Numbered from the whole stretch's first letter, positions 1 through 9,535 are shown. The stretch: DNA of 61,393 nucleotides, filler included, from Candidatus Woesearchaeota archaeon CG1_02_57_44 (GCA_001871415.1; 4 parts of 4 records of this genome joined end to end with filler, not necessarily neighbours in it); one strand, 5' to 3'. Notes: generated by a model not told the origin, from the sequence alone. Numbers and translations: made by a program.

Positions 1-293
1 AGGATGCTGATTTTTGTACCGGGTATCTTTCCTTTCTCAACCCCCTTCTCCCAGAGCGTGACCAGGTCAGCGTCGGACTTGGTGAGGGAGAAACCCCAGA
101 CAATCAGGTATCGGATGCTTGGGAACGCAAGCAGGGTCTGCAGCATGTAGTTGATGCCATTGCTGCTGTAGAGATTGCCGATGATATGGTACTTGCCCTG
201 CAGCTTTGGCATGAGCTTGGTCCTATCAGACCATAAGGTGACCACCGCGACCGTGCTTTTCGCATCACCAAAGTCTATGTCAGGCATTGACAT
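1..293 (-). CDS. 5' part of a protein with an MtrA-like N-terminal domain, probably an MtrA-like/thymidylate synthase fusion (runs off the window edge)
   Basis: Not in the ORF track. Manual translation from ATG at 293: MSMPDIDFGDAKSTVAVVTLWSDR...IIGNLYSSNGINYMLQTLLAFPSIRYLIVWG...LVTLWEKGV, resembling the MtrA-like pattern VAVxTL...GNLY...GI...P.IRYLIV.G. The ThyA part is not visible. Confidence 0.6.
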   Translation of the reverse strand, partial: MSMPDIDFGDAKSTVAVVTLWSDRTKLMPKLQGKYHIIGNLYSSNGINYMLQTLLAFPSIRYLIVWGFSLTKSDADLVTLWEKGVEKGKIPGTKISI

Positions 294-454
294 CCCAGAA
301 ACAACATTGGTTAAAAAGGGTTGCTATCAGTCCGTGACCAGACCGCAGGCTGATGACAAGATACATACAACCCTGTGGAAGGAAGGATAGAGATACTGTA
401 AGGATTGAAGATCGATACGCTAGGGAACAGAGAATCCCTCAGGATTGCACAGAA

Positions 455-712
455 TCACTCAACATCGCAACGGGTACCGAGCGCCTGACCCGGCATGCCA
501 CGCTCCCAGAGCACACGTACCGCGCCCTTGTTGCCATGCGGGCTTCGTATCTCGCCCTTGAGCTCCTTGCCTGCAGAGCTCTTCCAGACAATGCTCTTGC
601 CTATCAGTGCCTTGGCCGCCTCGCGCGTCTCTACGCCATCGATGACCGCAACCGCCTGGTTGCCGGTGATGGTATGTCTGCCACGCTTAAAAGAGGTAAT
701 CAGGGCTTGCAT
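455..712 (-). CDS. rpl35ae: 50S ribosomal protein L35Ae
   Basis: 85 aa; SFKRGRH, LIGKSIVW, GEIRSPHGNKGAVRV and MPGQALG motifs; TTTATAA box about 25 nt upstream. Confidence 0.93.
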   Translation of the reverse strand: MQALITSFKRGRHTITGNQAVAVIDGVETREAAKALIGKSIVWKSSAGKELKGEIRSPHGNKGAVRVLWERGMPGQALGTRCDVE

Positions 713-1046
713 GGTTCAGAGGGAACAGGGGTCGGTTTATAAAGCTTTTGCTGTCGTTGCAGCTACCTGAATCCCGCGATTGCGAGGGTCAATGTATGAA
801 GCTTTCTATAATCCATCGCGCGCCAAAGTCCTTCATAGAGCGGGTTGCCCGAATGAGGGGGTTAGTCATGAAGGCCCAGGCAGACTGCCAAGCGGGATGC
901 GCAGCGCGAAATACCTTGCCAACACGACGCGTTACGGCACCTAAGCCATTGTGCGCAGCTGCCCCATAGCTTGCCCCTCAATGCAATGATACGGACCAGC
1001 ATGCGGCCGATAGAATATCCGGGTCAGCATCATTGAAAGCCAAGAA

Positions 1047-1106
1047 TAAGGGGTGTTTTTGCGGAGGGGCGAAAACCCCTTTAGTCACCGCCCCTTCCGC
1101 AAAAAC
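1047..1106. repeat. Intergenic inverted-repeat structure with crossing stems
   Basis: GTTTTTGCGGAGGGGCG (1055-1071) pairs with CGCCCCTTCCGCAAAAAC (1089-1106, one bulge); AAGGGGT (1048-1054) pairs with ACCCCTT (1075-1081). Confidence 0.75.
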
Positions 1107-1142
1107 GTGGGTGGAATAGTGGGTATCATGATAGCGCAGGAA

Positions 1143-1529
1143 TCATGCTCCCTGCGCGCGCACCTGTCCTGCGACCCTGACGAACTGCCCTGACGTGTCC
1201 AGCACGCCCGCGAGCTCTGCGAGATAGCGATAGAATGTCGCCTTGCTCGCATAGCCCATCTGATCCACGATCATGAATTTCAGTTCAGGGACTGTCATCT
1301 GCTTCTCGCGGCACGAATCGACCATCTTCTGCTTTATGAGGTCTTTTCTGCTGCGACGGAACTTGAACATGACCTCCTGCTGAAGGCCGTCCCGCTTCTG
1401 TGTCTGGCTGAGGACCTCTTTCACGGTCTCCCGTATGACGTCCTGCTGACCCTGGAGGAGCTGCTTCTCGAGCACCGCAAGCTTCGCCTGCAACACTGCC
1501 AATTGTTCCTTTAGGTTCTCTTCCCCCAT
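1143..1529 (-). CDS. Small protein with N-terminal coiled coil and C-terminal (winged) HTH-like domain
   Basis: Start chosen at MGEEN, downstream of a TTTATATA box at about 1564-1572; heptad LKEQLAVLQAKLAVLEKQL; C-terminal MTVPELKFMIVDQMGYASKATFYRYLAEL. Confidence 0.7.
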   Translation of the reverse strand: MGEENLKEQLAVLQAKLAVLEKQLLQGQQDVIRETVKEVLSQTQKRDGLQQEVMFKFRRSRKDLIKQKMVDSCREKQMTVPELKFMIVDQMGYASKATFYRYLAELAGVLDTSGQFVRVAGQVRAQGA

Positions 1530-1583
1530 GGTCGCCAACCTTTGGATGTGTGAAGCATTGTGGTATATAAAGTTTTCTGTCTC

Positions 1584-1764
1584 TGAGACTAGTCTCATAC
1601 TGTATTGAGACACCCCCCCTCATTTCCTGTGGAACATCGCAGAACTGTAATATGCCACTGTAACCCCTATATCAGGTATATACTGAATAATCAGTATATT
1701 CTCAGTTTCCGATGCAGGACACCCCTGCGTTTCCTGTGGAAGCAAAATGAGACATAATTGAGAC
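1584..1764. other. Putative archaeal replication origin (ORB-like boxes, AT-rich spacer, TGAGAC repeats)
   Basis: Minus strand GTTCCACAGGAAATGAGGGGGGGT (1612-1635) and CTTCCACAGGAAACGCAGGGGT (1721-1742) match the ORB pattern TTCCAnnGGAAA plus G-string; AT-rich spacer containing the ATACTGA-ATAA-TCAGTAT inverted repeat. Confidence 0.65.
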
Positions 1765-1899
1765 TACTTAGAGGCCATATGCCTGACTGCCAACCCCGCA
1801 CACTGCCCAGGCAGATGCACGCCACGATGCCTTACCCCCATGGCCTGAAACGCGGCATCGACGCAACCCATAAATAGGCGCAGACAGTGCCAAACCCCC

Positions 1900-2580
1900 A
1901 TGCATAATGAATTCATCTGGCTGCTGATGCTTATCTTCAATTTCACCGCCATCCTGCTCGCCTACAAGTGGTTCGGCAGGACAGGCCTATACGCCTGGAC
2001 GGCTGTAGCGGTCATCATCGCCAACATACAGGTGCTCAAGATAGTGCCCTTGTTCGGCCTGGTCACTGCGGAAGGCAATATCATCTACAGCAGCACGTTT
2101 CTTGCGACAGATATCCTCAGCGAGAAATACGGCAAGAAGGAAGCAAGAAAAGCGGTCTGGATAGGGTTCTTCACGCTCATCAGCGCGACCATCCTGCTGC
2201 AGCTCACGTTGCTGATGACGCCACACGCGAGCGACACCATGAGCGGCTCTCTGTCGCAGGTGTTCAGCGTCCTGCCACGCATCGCATTCGCCTCACTCAT
2301 CGCCTACCTGCTCAGCCAGCTCCATGACATCTGGGCCTTTGAGGCCATACGCAAGCGGCTGCCCGACGACAAATGGCTCTGGGTCAGGAACAATGGCAGC
2401 ACCGTGGTCAGCCAGCTCATCGACAACACGGTCTTCACGCTCATCGCGTTCTGGGGTGTTCTTCCCTGGGGCATCATTGGACAGATATTCATCACATCCT
2501 ACATCCTAAAATTCGCTATCGCGGCGCTGGACACACCCTTCATCTATCTGGCGAAGCGCATGAAGCCGGCCCCTGAATAG
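1900..2580 (+). CDS. Queuosine/archaeosine precursor transporter (YhhQ/VUT family)
   Basis: Multi-TM; ANIQVLK, FLATDILSEKYGKKEARKAVWIGF, RIAFASLIAYLLSQLHD, WVRNNGSTVVSQLID and ALDTPF motifs. Confidence 0.9.
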   Translation: MHNEFIWLLMLIFNFTAILLAYKWFGRTGLYAWTAVAVIIANIQVLKIVPLFGLVTAEGNIIYSSTFLATDILSEKYGKKEARKAVWIGFFTLISATILLQLTLLMTPHASDTMSGSLSQVFSVLPRIAFASLIAYLLSQLHDIWAFEAIRKRLPDDKWLWVRNNGSTVVSQLIDNTVFTLIAFWGVLPWGIIGQIFITSYILKFAIAALDTPFIYLAKRMKPAPE

Positions 2581-2678
2581 GACCATACCAGCAGCAGGCC
2601 TCGCGCCATGCGAGCTTGGTGCACCAAGGATCCGTCAGATCTTTTGCGCAAGAGACCGCACCACGAGACACCCAACCA

Positions 2679-2972
2679 ATGGACCATATTGATGAATGGC
2701 ACTGGGCAAAGGCCCTTGCGGCCGAGGCGCGCGCCCGTAACGCGACGACGCTGCATCTTGCTGTCGGCGAGCGCTCGGGCATCCAAGAAGACCTTCTGCT
2801 TGAGGCATTACGCAAGCTAGGCATCACTGCCATTATCGAAGAACAGCACGCGCTGGCCAGCTGTGTGTGCGGCTACAAAGGACGACCGACCGCAGAAAGC
2901 AATTGCCCGCACTGCGGAAACGCGCTGAGGATAGCGTCAGGAACAGAGATCCGCGTCCTACGGTACGAATAG
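2679..2972 (+). CDS. HypA-like metallochaperone (divergent)
   Basis: LAVGERSGI, CxCG...CPHCG zinc site, and IASGTEIRV ending; N-terminus is MDHIDE rather than the canonical MHE. Confidence 0.65.
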   Translation: MDHIDEWHWAKALAAEARARNATTLHLAVGERSGIQEDLLLEALRKLGITAIIEEQHALASCVCGYKGRPTAESNCPHCGNALRIASGTEIRVLRYE

Positions 2973-3035
2973 AGCAGAAAGATTCAGCAATGCTCTCTCA
3001 AGCAGGACCCACCTGCACCGCACCCGAACAGCCCA

Positions 3036-4100
3036 TCAGCCCTTCTTGGCGTATATGGTGCGTGTCGGGAAGGCGAACTCGATACCCGCTTTGTTGAAGC
3101 GCTCCAGGATCTGGCTGTTCACTTCGTCCTGGGTCTCGAAGTATAACGTCGTGTCCTTCATCCAGTAGAGCACCTGGATGTTCAGGGAGAAATCCGCGAA
3201 CTCGGTGAACGCGACCTTGGGCGGCTTTTCGTCCTTGCTGGCGATATTCTTGTGCTTGCTGAGCACATCCAGGACTATCTCCTTGGCTCGCTTCACTTTC
3301 CCAGGCGGGGTGTCATAGGTGATGCCAAGCTTGAAGAGTATGCGCCTATACTGCTCGCGGCTGACATTCTCGACAAAAGACTCAGTCACCTTGCTGTTTG
3401 GCACGATGACCTGCGTGGACGCCAATGTCTCGATACGTGTCGTGCGCATGCCTATCTCGCGGACAAATCCCTCATGATCACCAATCTTGATGCGATCGCC
3501 CAGCCTGAATGGTTTGTCGAAGATGACGGTCAGACCACCGAAGATATTTGCCAGAAGGTCTTTTGCCGCAAGGGCGAATGCCAGACCACCGATGCCCAGA
3601 CCCGCCAGCAACGTACCCACGTCATAGCCCGCATTATCCAGTATGACGACAAGCGTCATCGCGACTATCAGGATCTTGATCAGCTTGCGCATAAATGGCA
3701 GGAGATGATCATCCAGGTCTGTCTTGGTCTTGGCCGTCAGCGGCTGGACATAGTGGACAAGCATCGCGTCGACCAGGCGCACCAGAAACCAACCGACATC
3801 CGCGGCGAGGAGCATCTTCACCACATTGCCCATGCGCGTGGCCATCGCCACAGACAACGTCAGCTGCTGGTCAGCGAACCATAGCGCGATGACCGTAATG
3901 AGAAAGACCAGCGGACCCTCCGTGACATCGAGCAGCAGATCATCGAGTTTTGTCTTGGTCTTTGCGGCCGCCTTGCGGATGATATTTGCGCTCACCCATA
4001 GGATCACCTTGCCAATAAGGAACGCACTTAGGATGATGCTGAAGAACAGCAGGTATTGACGCAGGGTATTGCCGAAATAGACACTTGAGAGCCAGGCCAT
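3036..4100 (-). CDS. mscS: Small-conductance mechanosensitive channel (MscS family)
   Basis: LLAGLGIGGLAFALAAKDLLANIFGG, DKPFRLGDRI, IGMRTTRI and GIEFAFPTRT motifs. Confidence 0.93.
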   Translation of the reverse strand: MAWLSSVYFGNTLRQYLLFFSIILSAFLIGKVILWVSANIIRKAAAKTKTKLDDLLLDVTEGPLVFLITVIALWFADQQLTLSVAMATRMGNVVKMLLAADVGWFLVRLVDAMLVHYVQPLTAKTKTDLDDHLLPFMRKLIKILIVAMTLVVILDNAGYDVGTLLAGLGIGGLAFALAAKDLLANIFGGLTVIFDKPFRLGDRIKIGDHEGFVREIGMRTTRIETLASTQVIVPNSKVTESFVENVSREQYRRILFKLGITYDTPPGKVKRAKEIVLDVLSKHKNIASKDEKPPKVAFTEFADFSLNIQVLYWMKDTTLYFETQDEVNSQILERFNKAGIEFAFPTRTIYAKKG

Positions 4101-4228
4101 GGGATTGTCGAGTTGTCGGATTTATATAAAGGTTTGGACAGCTCGCACGCAGCAACCCTGCAACATCAGTCGTCACTATTCATAGAAGGTGACACATGCT
4201 TTTATACGTTCCAAGGCCAAGCCCTGCC

Positions 4229-4645
4229 ATGGGACAAGGTAAGCGTGGCCAGGTGAGCATGGAGTATCTCTTTGTCGCGGGCCTTGCCTTCATCCTGGTC
4301 CTACCATTGACCATGGTGACGGTCTGGGAGTCACGCAACATCAACACGGATGTCGCCATCACCCAGACCGACCGCATCGGCGAGGAACTGATCAACAGCG
4401 TCCAGACGGTCTACTACCATGGATATCCCAGCACCCGGACCATACGACTGTATTTCCCGCAATACCTCAGCGATATCACCTTCGACGAGCACCGCATCGT
4501 ATTCACCATCACCGCTACAGGCCACGACCTCATCGTCATCCGCGAGGCAGTCACGAACCTCACGGGAAGCCTGAGCAGCACCGCAGGAATACACACCATA
4601 ACCCTGTCGGCCCAGAGCAATAACACCGTATCCATCACTGAATGA
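4229..4645 (+). CDS. Class III signal peptide (pilin-like) protein
   Basis: KRG|QVSMEYL followed by a hydrophobic helix; Glu at +5. Confidence 0.85.
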   Translation: MGQGKRGQVSMEYLFVAGLAFILVLPLTMVTVWESRNINTDVAITQTDRIGEELINSVQTVYYHGYPSTRTIRLYFPQYLSDITFDEHRIVFTITATGHDLIVIREAVTNLTGSLSSTAGIHTITLSAQSNNTVSITE

Positions 4646-4741
4646 GACGCAGGTGAATGAAACAGCTCAAGCAGAGCAACTGTACCATGCCCCTTGCATC
4701 AGGGAGCGCCAGAGCATGAACAATACCACACGAGCAATACC

Positions 4742-5143
4742 ATGAGACCAGCAAGACTAGCAAGCCACAAAGGCCAAGTGTCCATGGAGTTCATCTTGCT
4801 CTTCGGGTTCAGCATGCTGGTCGTCATTATGCTCATGGGCGTGACCAGCTCCCTGATCCAGGACACCATAACAGACAGGCAGTTTCTTGCCCTGCGCGAC
4901 CTTGGCGATAGGCTTCAGGGAGAGCTCACCCTGGCCGCAGGAGTCCATGAGGGCTACACCCGTAGCATCACGGTCCCTGACACCGTGGAAGGCTACGACT
5001 ACACCATCAACACCACGACCTCACAATTCACGCTTTTGACTCAGCAGGTCCAGCTCGTGTATCGCACGCCTCCGCTGAATGGAAGCTTGCACAAGGGCAC
5101 CACCATCATCACCCTCCACGGCGGACTACTGAGCTTGAGCTGA
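4742..5143 (+). CDS. Class III signal peptide (pilin-like) protein
   Basis: HKG|QVSMEFILLFG followed by a hydrophobic helix. Confidence 0.85.
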   Translation: MRPARLASHKGQVSMEFILLFGFSMLVVIMLMGVTSSLIQDTITDRQFLALRDLGDRLQGELTLAAGVHEGYTRSITVPDTVEGYDYTINTTTSQFTLLTQQVQLVYRTPPLNGSLHKGTTIITLHGGLLSLS

Positions 5144-5202
5144 CCGACGAGAGGATACCTCATCAAACCACCTACAGAGACCGAATCACGCGCACCATAC
5201 CC

Positions 5203-5715
5203 ATGCACAAGACCGCCCAGACCTGGACACTAGACTTCATCGTCAGCGTCGCCCTCTTCATGCTCACCTTGCTGCTGGTGGCAAGACTGTTGACGAACAC
5301 GCTGGAGGAGCCAACGTTTCCACGCATGTCGCGAGACGCCATGGTCATATCCTCCCACCTCATGAGCGAAGGCATACCAAGCAATTGGACCAATGACACG
5401 GTCATCATCCCGGGATTGCTCAGCAACGGCCAGCTCAACACCACCAAGTGGGCGCAATTGCATGACTTGCCATACGATACCCTCAAAGACCTGTTCCACA
5501 CACCTTATGACATCGCCTTGTACCTACAGAACGCTTCAGGCATCATCAATCTGAGCGTCTGCGCTCTTGGCCACGAGACAGGATATGGCTATCAGACGGG
5601 CTATGGAGACGCCTGCGCCATCTATCCGCCTGAAGCGCGCAACCTGGCCAGCGTCACCAGGCTCATGGTCTATCACAACGCCCTGGTGGAACTCCACCTC
5701 TATGTCTGGCAATGA
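5203..5715 (+). CDS. Minor pilin-like protein
   Basis: KTA|QTWTLDFIVSVALF; SEGIPSNW motif; stop overlaps the next ATG (ATGA). Confidence 0.75.
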   Translation: MHKTAQTWTLDFIVSVALFMLTLLLVARLLTNTLEEPTFPRMSRDAMVISSHLMSEGIPSNWTNDTVIIPGLLSNGQLNTTKWAQLHDLPYDTLKDLFHTPYDIALYLQNASGIINLSVCALGHETGYGYQTGYGDACAIYPPEARNLASVTRLMVYHNALVELHLYVWQ

Positions 5716-8561
5716 ATCCAATCCAGAACATCCGGAAAAAGCAGCCCGAACGGCCATCGCAGTCAGCAAGCCGCTCACGGAGCGGGAATAGTCAGTATCA
5801 GCCTAGCGCCCACCGACGCACGTGCATACTACCCGGCTCGCGCAAAGCGATGTATTTCACCATGGACGCCCTGATGGCGGCAGTCCTGCTTATCGGCACC
5901 GTCCTGCTCGTCAGCCAATTGACCACGCATCGCACAGGAACAGAACACATCAGCTTTGTCGCTGAAGACCTTCTCAACGCCCTGCAATCCGTGCCGGTCA
6001 AGGACCTGCAGAGCAGCTTCGTGCAGTCAGAGATAGCGTCAGGCAGCATCGTCGATCCCAACCGGAGCGTCATGGAGCAAGCTGGCGAATACTGGGCGAC
6101 CGGACAGCCAGGAAAGGCCCAGACGCTGCTCAGTGAATTCATCAACAACCAGAGCGTGGAATCCTATGGCGTGCTGGTATCCCTGACGTCAGACACAGGA
6201 AATGGAGTGCAGGCGGGAGACGGACTGCTCTATAACCGCACGCGCCAGAACACGCTGACCAGCATCGCGTCGCACCGTATGATATCAGGCGTCAAGCAGC
6301 TTGGCCCCAATGAGTCCATCCGCGGCACGACCAGCGTCGGACAGCTTCGCAAAGCGACAGGCCAGCGCACCTGCAGCTATCTCACCATCGGCGGATTCGC
6401 AGGGCAGGGCAACATCTCGGCGTTCCTGGACTTGCCATCTGACATCACGGGACAGACCCTCGCAGACCTGAGCCTGATGATCGACGCTGATGACCCCTAC
6501 CAGCTGCTCATCAACGGTCAGACCTGCCAGTGGATCACGCAGGTGAACACGAGCGCGCTGGGCGAATGGCATAACATCACCTCCTGCGCGCCGCTCATCC
6601 TCGGCGACCAGGTCAACCTCAGCATACGGTTCATGGACACGCTGGACACTGCCTATATCGCAGGAGGTCAACTGCGCGCCTGTTACCGCTCGCAGACCGT
6701 TCCCAACGCGAGCACCACCATCGTACGGCGTTGGCTTCCCTCGGTGCAAGGCATCGCCAACATCTATGACGGCATCGGCGTGCCTGGCACATTGCTCTCG
6801 CTCTCGGCACACCTGCATTTTTCCACGAACTACACATCATATCTCACCCTGGGCAATGAACCTGTATACACGGGCAGGGAAAACCTCAGCGAGCAGACCA
6901 TCATCCTGGATGACACGAATTTCAGCACGCTCAACTACACGGCGCTGAGCAATACCACCATACCCTTCCGGTTCGCTGCCTACAACACCACTTACAGCAT
7001 CATCAATGGAACGAGCGCTGACGTGGTGCTCATCACGGACACGAGCGGCAGCATGGACTGGCGCATCGGCTACGACAATACGGTCAGCGGCAAGAACATC
7101 AAGAACCTGAGCGCGTGCACAGACGCATTCCTGGGCAATGACACCTCAGCCCGTCTCGATGTCGCCGCATGCCTGGACGCGAACTTCACGCGCTTCATCA
7201 TGAACTACTCGGGCAACAGGCTCTGGCTCGTCGACTACGCCACGAGCAGCAATTACTATTACAGCAGCAACCTGAGCTTGCTGACCCCCAACAATCTCCT
7301 GGGACAGATAGAGCAGCGCTACATCAACGGGAGCGGGAACGGCAATACCTGCACGTGCTGCGCCATCAACAAGGCCTATGAGGTGCTCGCCGACCACAGC
7401 ACCACAGAACGATCCGTGCTGCTCATGAGCGACGGCGAGCCAAACTTATGCTGCGGGCGCACACAGGTGTGCCATCCCGTGTACTGGTGGTGGTGCTGGT
7501 ATGAGTGCGCTGACGGCAACAGCACCACCGGCTACTCAGCAAGCTGCCCAGGCGGAGGATCAGCGTGCTACAAGGACGCGGCGGTCAATGCGACGCGACG
7601 CCTGCGCCAGGACCTGAACGCGACCATCCATGCCGTCGGACTCGGACCTTTGGAAGATAACGCCTACGCCAATGCCACGCTGACGCAGATAGCCCAGGCC
7701 GGCAATGGCACGGTCTTCATCAGCCACAATGGCTCAGAGCTATCCGTGCACTACGCGGCCATCGCCTCGCAGATACTATCCGGTATCACCCAGAGCGCCC
7801 AGGTCGCCGTGGTCAGCAACGGCACGCTCATGCCCACGCACCTGTTTGGCGACAGCTACCTGGAAGCGGTCATCGATCCGGGCATCAGCGCCCAGCAGGC
7901 CAATGAGCTGGCGCTCACCTTGGAGACGCAATTCAGCGGCTGCGACGCCAGCATCGCGATACCACCTGGCGTCCGGGTACAGGACGCATCGGTCCTCAGC
8001 TTCAGCGGCATTCACTGGACTGACCTACTCATCGTCAATGACCAGATAGCCTATAACCTGAGCGCCTACGGCAATAACTATCAGGTCATGGGCGATCCTT
8101 CCCTCATCAGCATCCCTGCTGCGTTCCTGGGAACAGGAAGCAACACCATCGCGCTGCGCTTTGGTGACAGTCCCACCAACAGCACATCCTGCGGCCAGAA
8201 CAGCACACTCAGATACACTTTGCTCATATCCACGGCGACACCACGATCTGACGTTTTGCCACGGGCTGAGGGATGCACCTGGACGGTCGCGTATGAAGAT
8301 GGAAGCCAAGGCACGGTCCTTGTCCCAGCCGAATACAATGGCACGAATACCTGTCTGTATACACCGGCAAGCATCACGTATGACCACAATGACGCGTATC
8401 AGGCCATCATGGCAGACGTGCTCGACCAGTTCGACTTTGACGATGATGGTGAGGTCCTGGTCAATTTCGCCGCATACGACATCGTCATCAGCACCAATAG
8501 CATCAGCAATATCCCCTATCTCTGGGGCCCGTCATTGTTCACCATCGAGGTGGGCAGATGA
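5712..8561 (+). CDS. Large pilin-like protein with von Willebrand A domain (probable pilus adhesin)
   Basis: RKA|MYFTMDAL plus hydrophobic helix; MIDAS motif ADVVLITDTSGSM, VLLMSDGEPN, TIHAVGLG; many N-x-S/T sequons. Confidence 0.85.
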   Translation: MNPIQNIRKKQPERPSQSASRSRSGNSQYQPSAHRRTCILPGSRKAMYFTMDALMAAVLLIGTVLLVSQLTTHRTGTEHISFVAEDLLNALQSVPVKDLQSSFVQSEIASGSIVDPNRSVMEQAGEYWATGQPGKAQTLLSEFINNQSVESYGVLVSLTSDTGNGVQAGDGLLYNRTRQNTLTSIASHRMISGVKQLGPNESIRGTTSVGQLRKATGQRTCSYLTIGGFAGQGNISAFLDLPSDITGQTLADLSLMIDADDPYQLLINGQTCQWITQVNTSALGEWHNITSCAPLILGDQVNLSIRFMDTLDTAYIAGGQLRACYRSQTVPNASTTIVRRWLPSVQGIANIYDGIGVPGTLLSLSAHLHFSTNYTSYLTLGNEPVYTGRENLSEQTIILDDTNFSTLNYTALSNTTIPFRFAAYNTTYSIINGTSADVVLITDTSGSMDWRIGYDNTVSGKNIKNLSACTDAFLGNDTSARLDVAACLDANFTRFIMNYSGNRLWLVDYATSSNYYYSSNLSLLTPNNLLGQIEQRYINGSGNGNTCTCCAINKAYEVLADHSTTERSVLLMSDGEPNLCCGRTQVCHPVYWWWCWYECADGNSTTGYSASCPGGGSACYKDAAVNATRRLRQDLNATIHAVGLGPLEDNAYANATLTQIAQAGNGTVFISHNGSELSVHYAAIASQILSGITQSAQVAVVSNGTLMPTHLFGDSYLEAVIDPGISAQQANELALTLETQFSGCDASIAIPPGVRVQDASVLSFSGIHWTDLLIVNDQIAYNLSAYGNNYQVMGDPSLISIPAAFLGTGSNTIALRFGDSPTNSTSCGQNSTLRYTLLISTATPRSDVLPRAEGCTWTVAYEDGSQGTVLVPAEYNGTNTCLYTPASITYDHNDAYQAIMADVLDQFDFDDDGEVLVNFAAYDIVISTNSISNIPYLWGPSLFTIEVGR

Positions 8562-9535
8562 AAGGCCTGCTATCCCCCACACGCCTTGGCCGTAAGGGCC
8601 TTGCTTACACGACCATCGCCCTCATCCTGGTGACTGCCATGGCATTGCTCATGCGCAACCACGCGGGCAGGGAGCTGCTCGAGAATCCCGCGGAGGCTCG
8701 CGTGCGCAGCATGGACCAATTCATCACGGACCTTCACCAGGACGCGCCCCGGGCAACGGGCATCATCGCGTACCGCGCGTTTCTCGCCATGGACGATGAG
8801 ATGGCAAACGCGAGCGCTTATTTCTCCAGCCCCTCCGTTGCCATGCAGGAAGCGCTGCTCAATGGCACATTGCACGGCCACACCTCCTCATTGCTCGTCA
8901 ACAGCACCCTGACAGGCTATCTCTCCCGCGTCCAGGAACTCACCTCTGACATAGGCATACTGACAGCGCTTGCGGTCAGCAACATCTCACTCTCACAGGA
9001 ATCACCCTGGCACGTACGTGTCTCCTACCTGCTCACGGTCAATCTCACTGACGCGCGCGGCGTCGCCCGCTGGGACTACACGGAGGTAATCGTCGCCAGC
9101 ATACCCATCGTCGGGCTTCGCGACCCCTTGCACACGGTGGGAACAAAAGGGCTTGTGCCCGCGTTCATACAGCCGCACAATGGCAGCGCGCTGGTCAATG
9201 GCCTGGACACGACCGAGCTGCAGCGGCTCATCAACAATTCCCAGTACCTGGAGTCAGCGAACGCCCCGAGCTTTCTTGACAGGCTCTCGGGCAATTTGAC
9301 CTCGAGCGAGCAGGGCATACAGACCATTGTCAATATTGGAGCACTGCTCGACCAGGGCGTCACTATCCATGACGCCAGCCGTGTCGATTACCTCTACTTT
9401 GACAACGAAAGCATGGGCGCGATGGGATCATTGGCCTGCAATTTCGCCAACACCTCCCTTCCCTGGCTCGCGCTGGATATCGCGCACCTAGATGACTTTG
9501 AGCTGACTGGGCTTAACTATACATCCTGTGGATAA
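8558..9535 (+). CDS. Minor pilin-like protein
   Basis: RKG|LAYTTIALILV hydrophobic N-terminus; GLRDPL and APSFLDRLSG motifs; translationally coupled to the vWA gene. Confidence 0.75.
   Translation: MKGLLSPTRLGRKGLAYTTIALILVTAMALLMRNHAGRELLENPAEARVRSMDQFITDLHQDAPRATGIIAYRAFLAMDDEMANASAYFSSPSVAMQEALLNGTLHGHTSSLLVNSTLTGYLSRVQELTSDIGILTALAVSNISLSQESPWHVRVSYLLTVNLTDARGVARWDYTEVIVASIPIVGLRDPLHTVGTKGLVPAFIQPHNGSALVNGLDTTELQRLINNSQYLESANAPSFLDRLSGNLTSSEQGIQTIVNIGALLDQGVTIHDASRVDYLYFDNESMGAMGSLACNFANTSLPWLALDIAHLDDFELTGLNYTSCG

Noticed and set aside
1..293. Methanogenesis (Mtr complex)
   Set aside because: Only an MtrA-like fragment lacking the expected His motifs, and no other mtr genes.
5712..8561. 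Diversity-generating retroelement target in the adhesin
   Set aside because: No reverse transcriptase and no template/variable repeat pair seen in the window.
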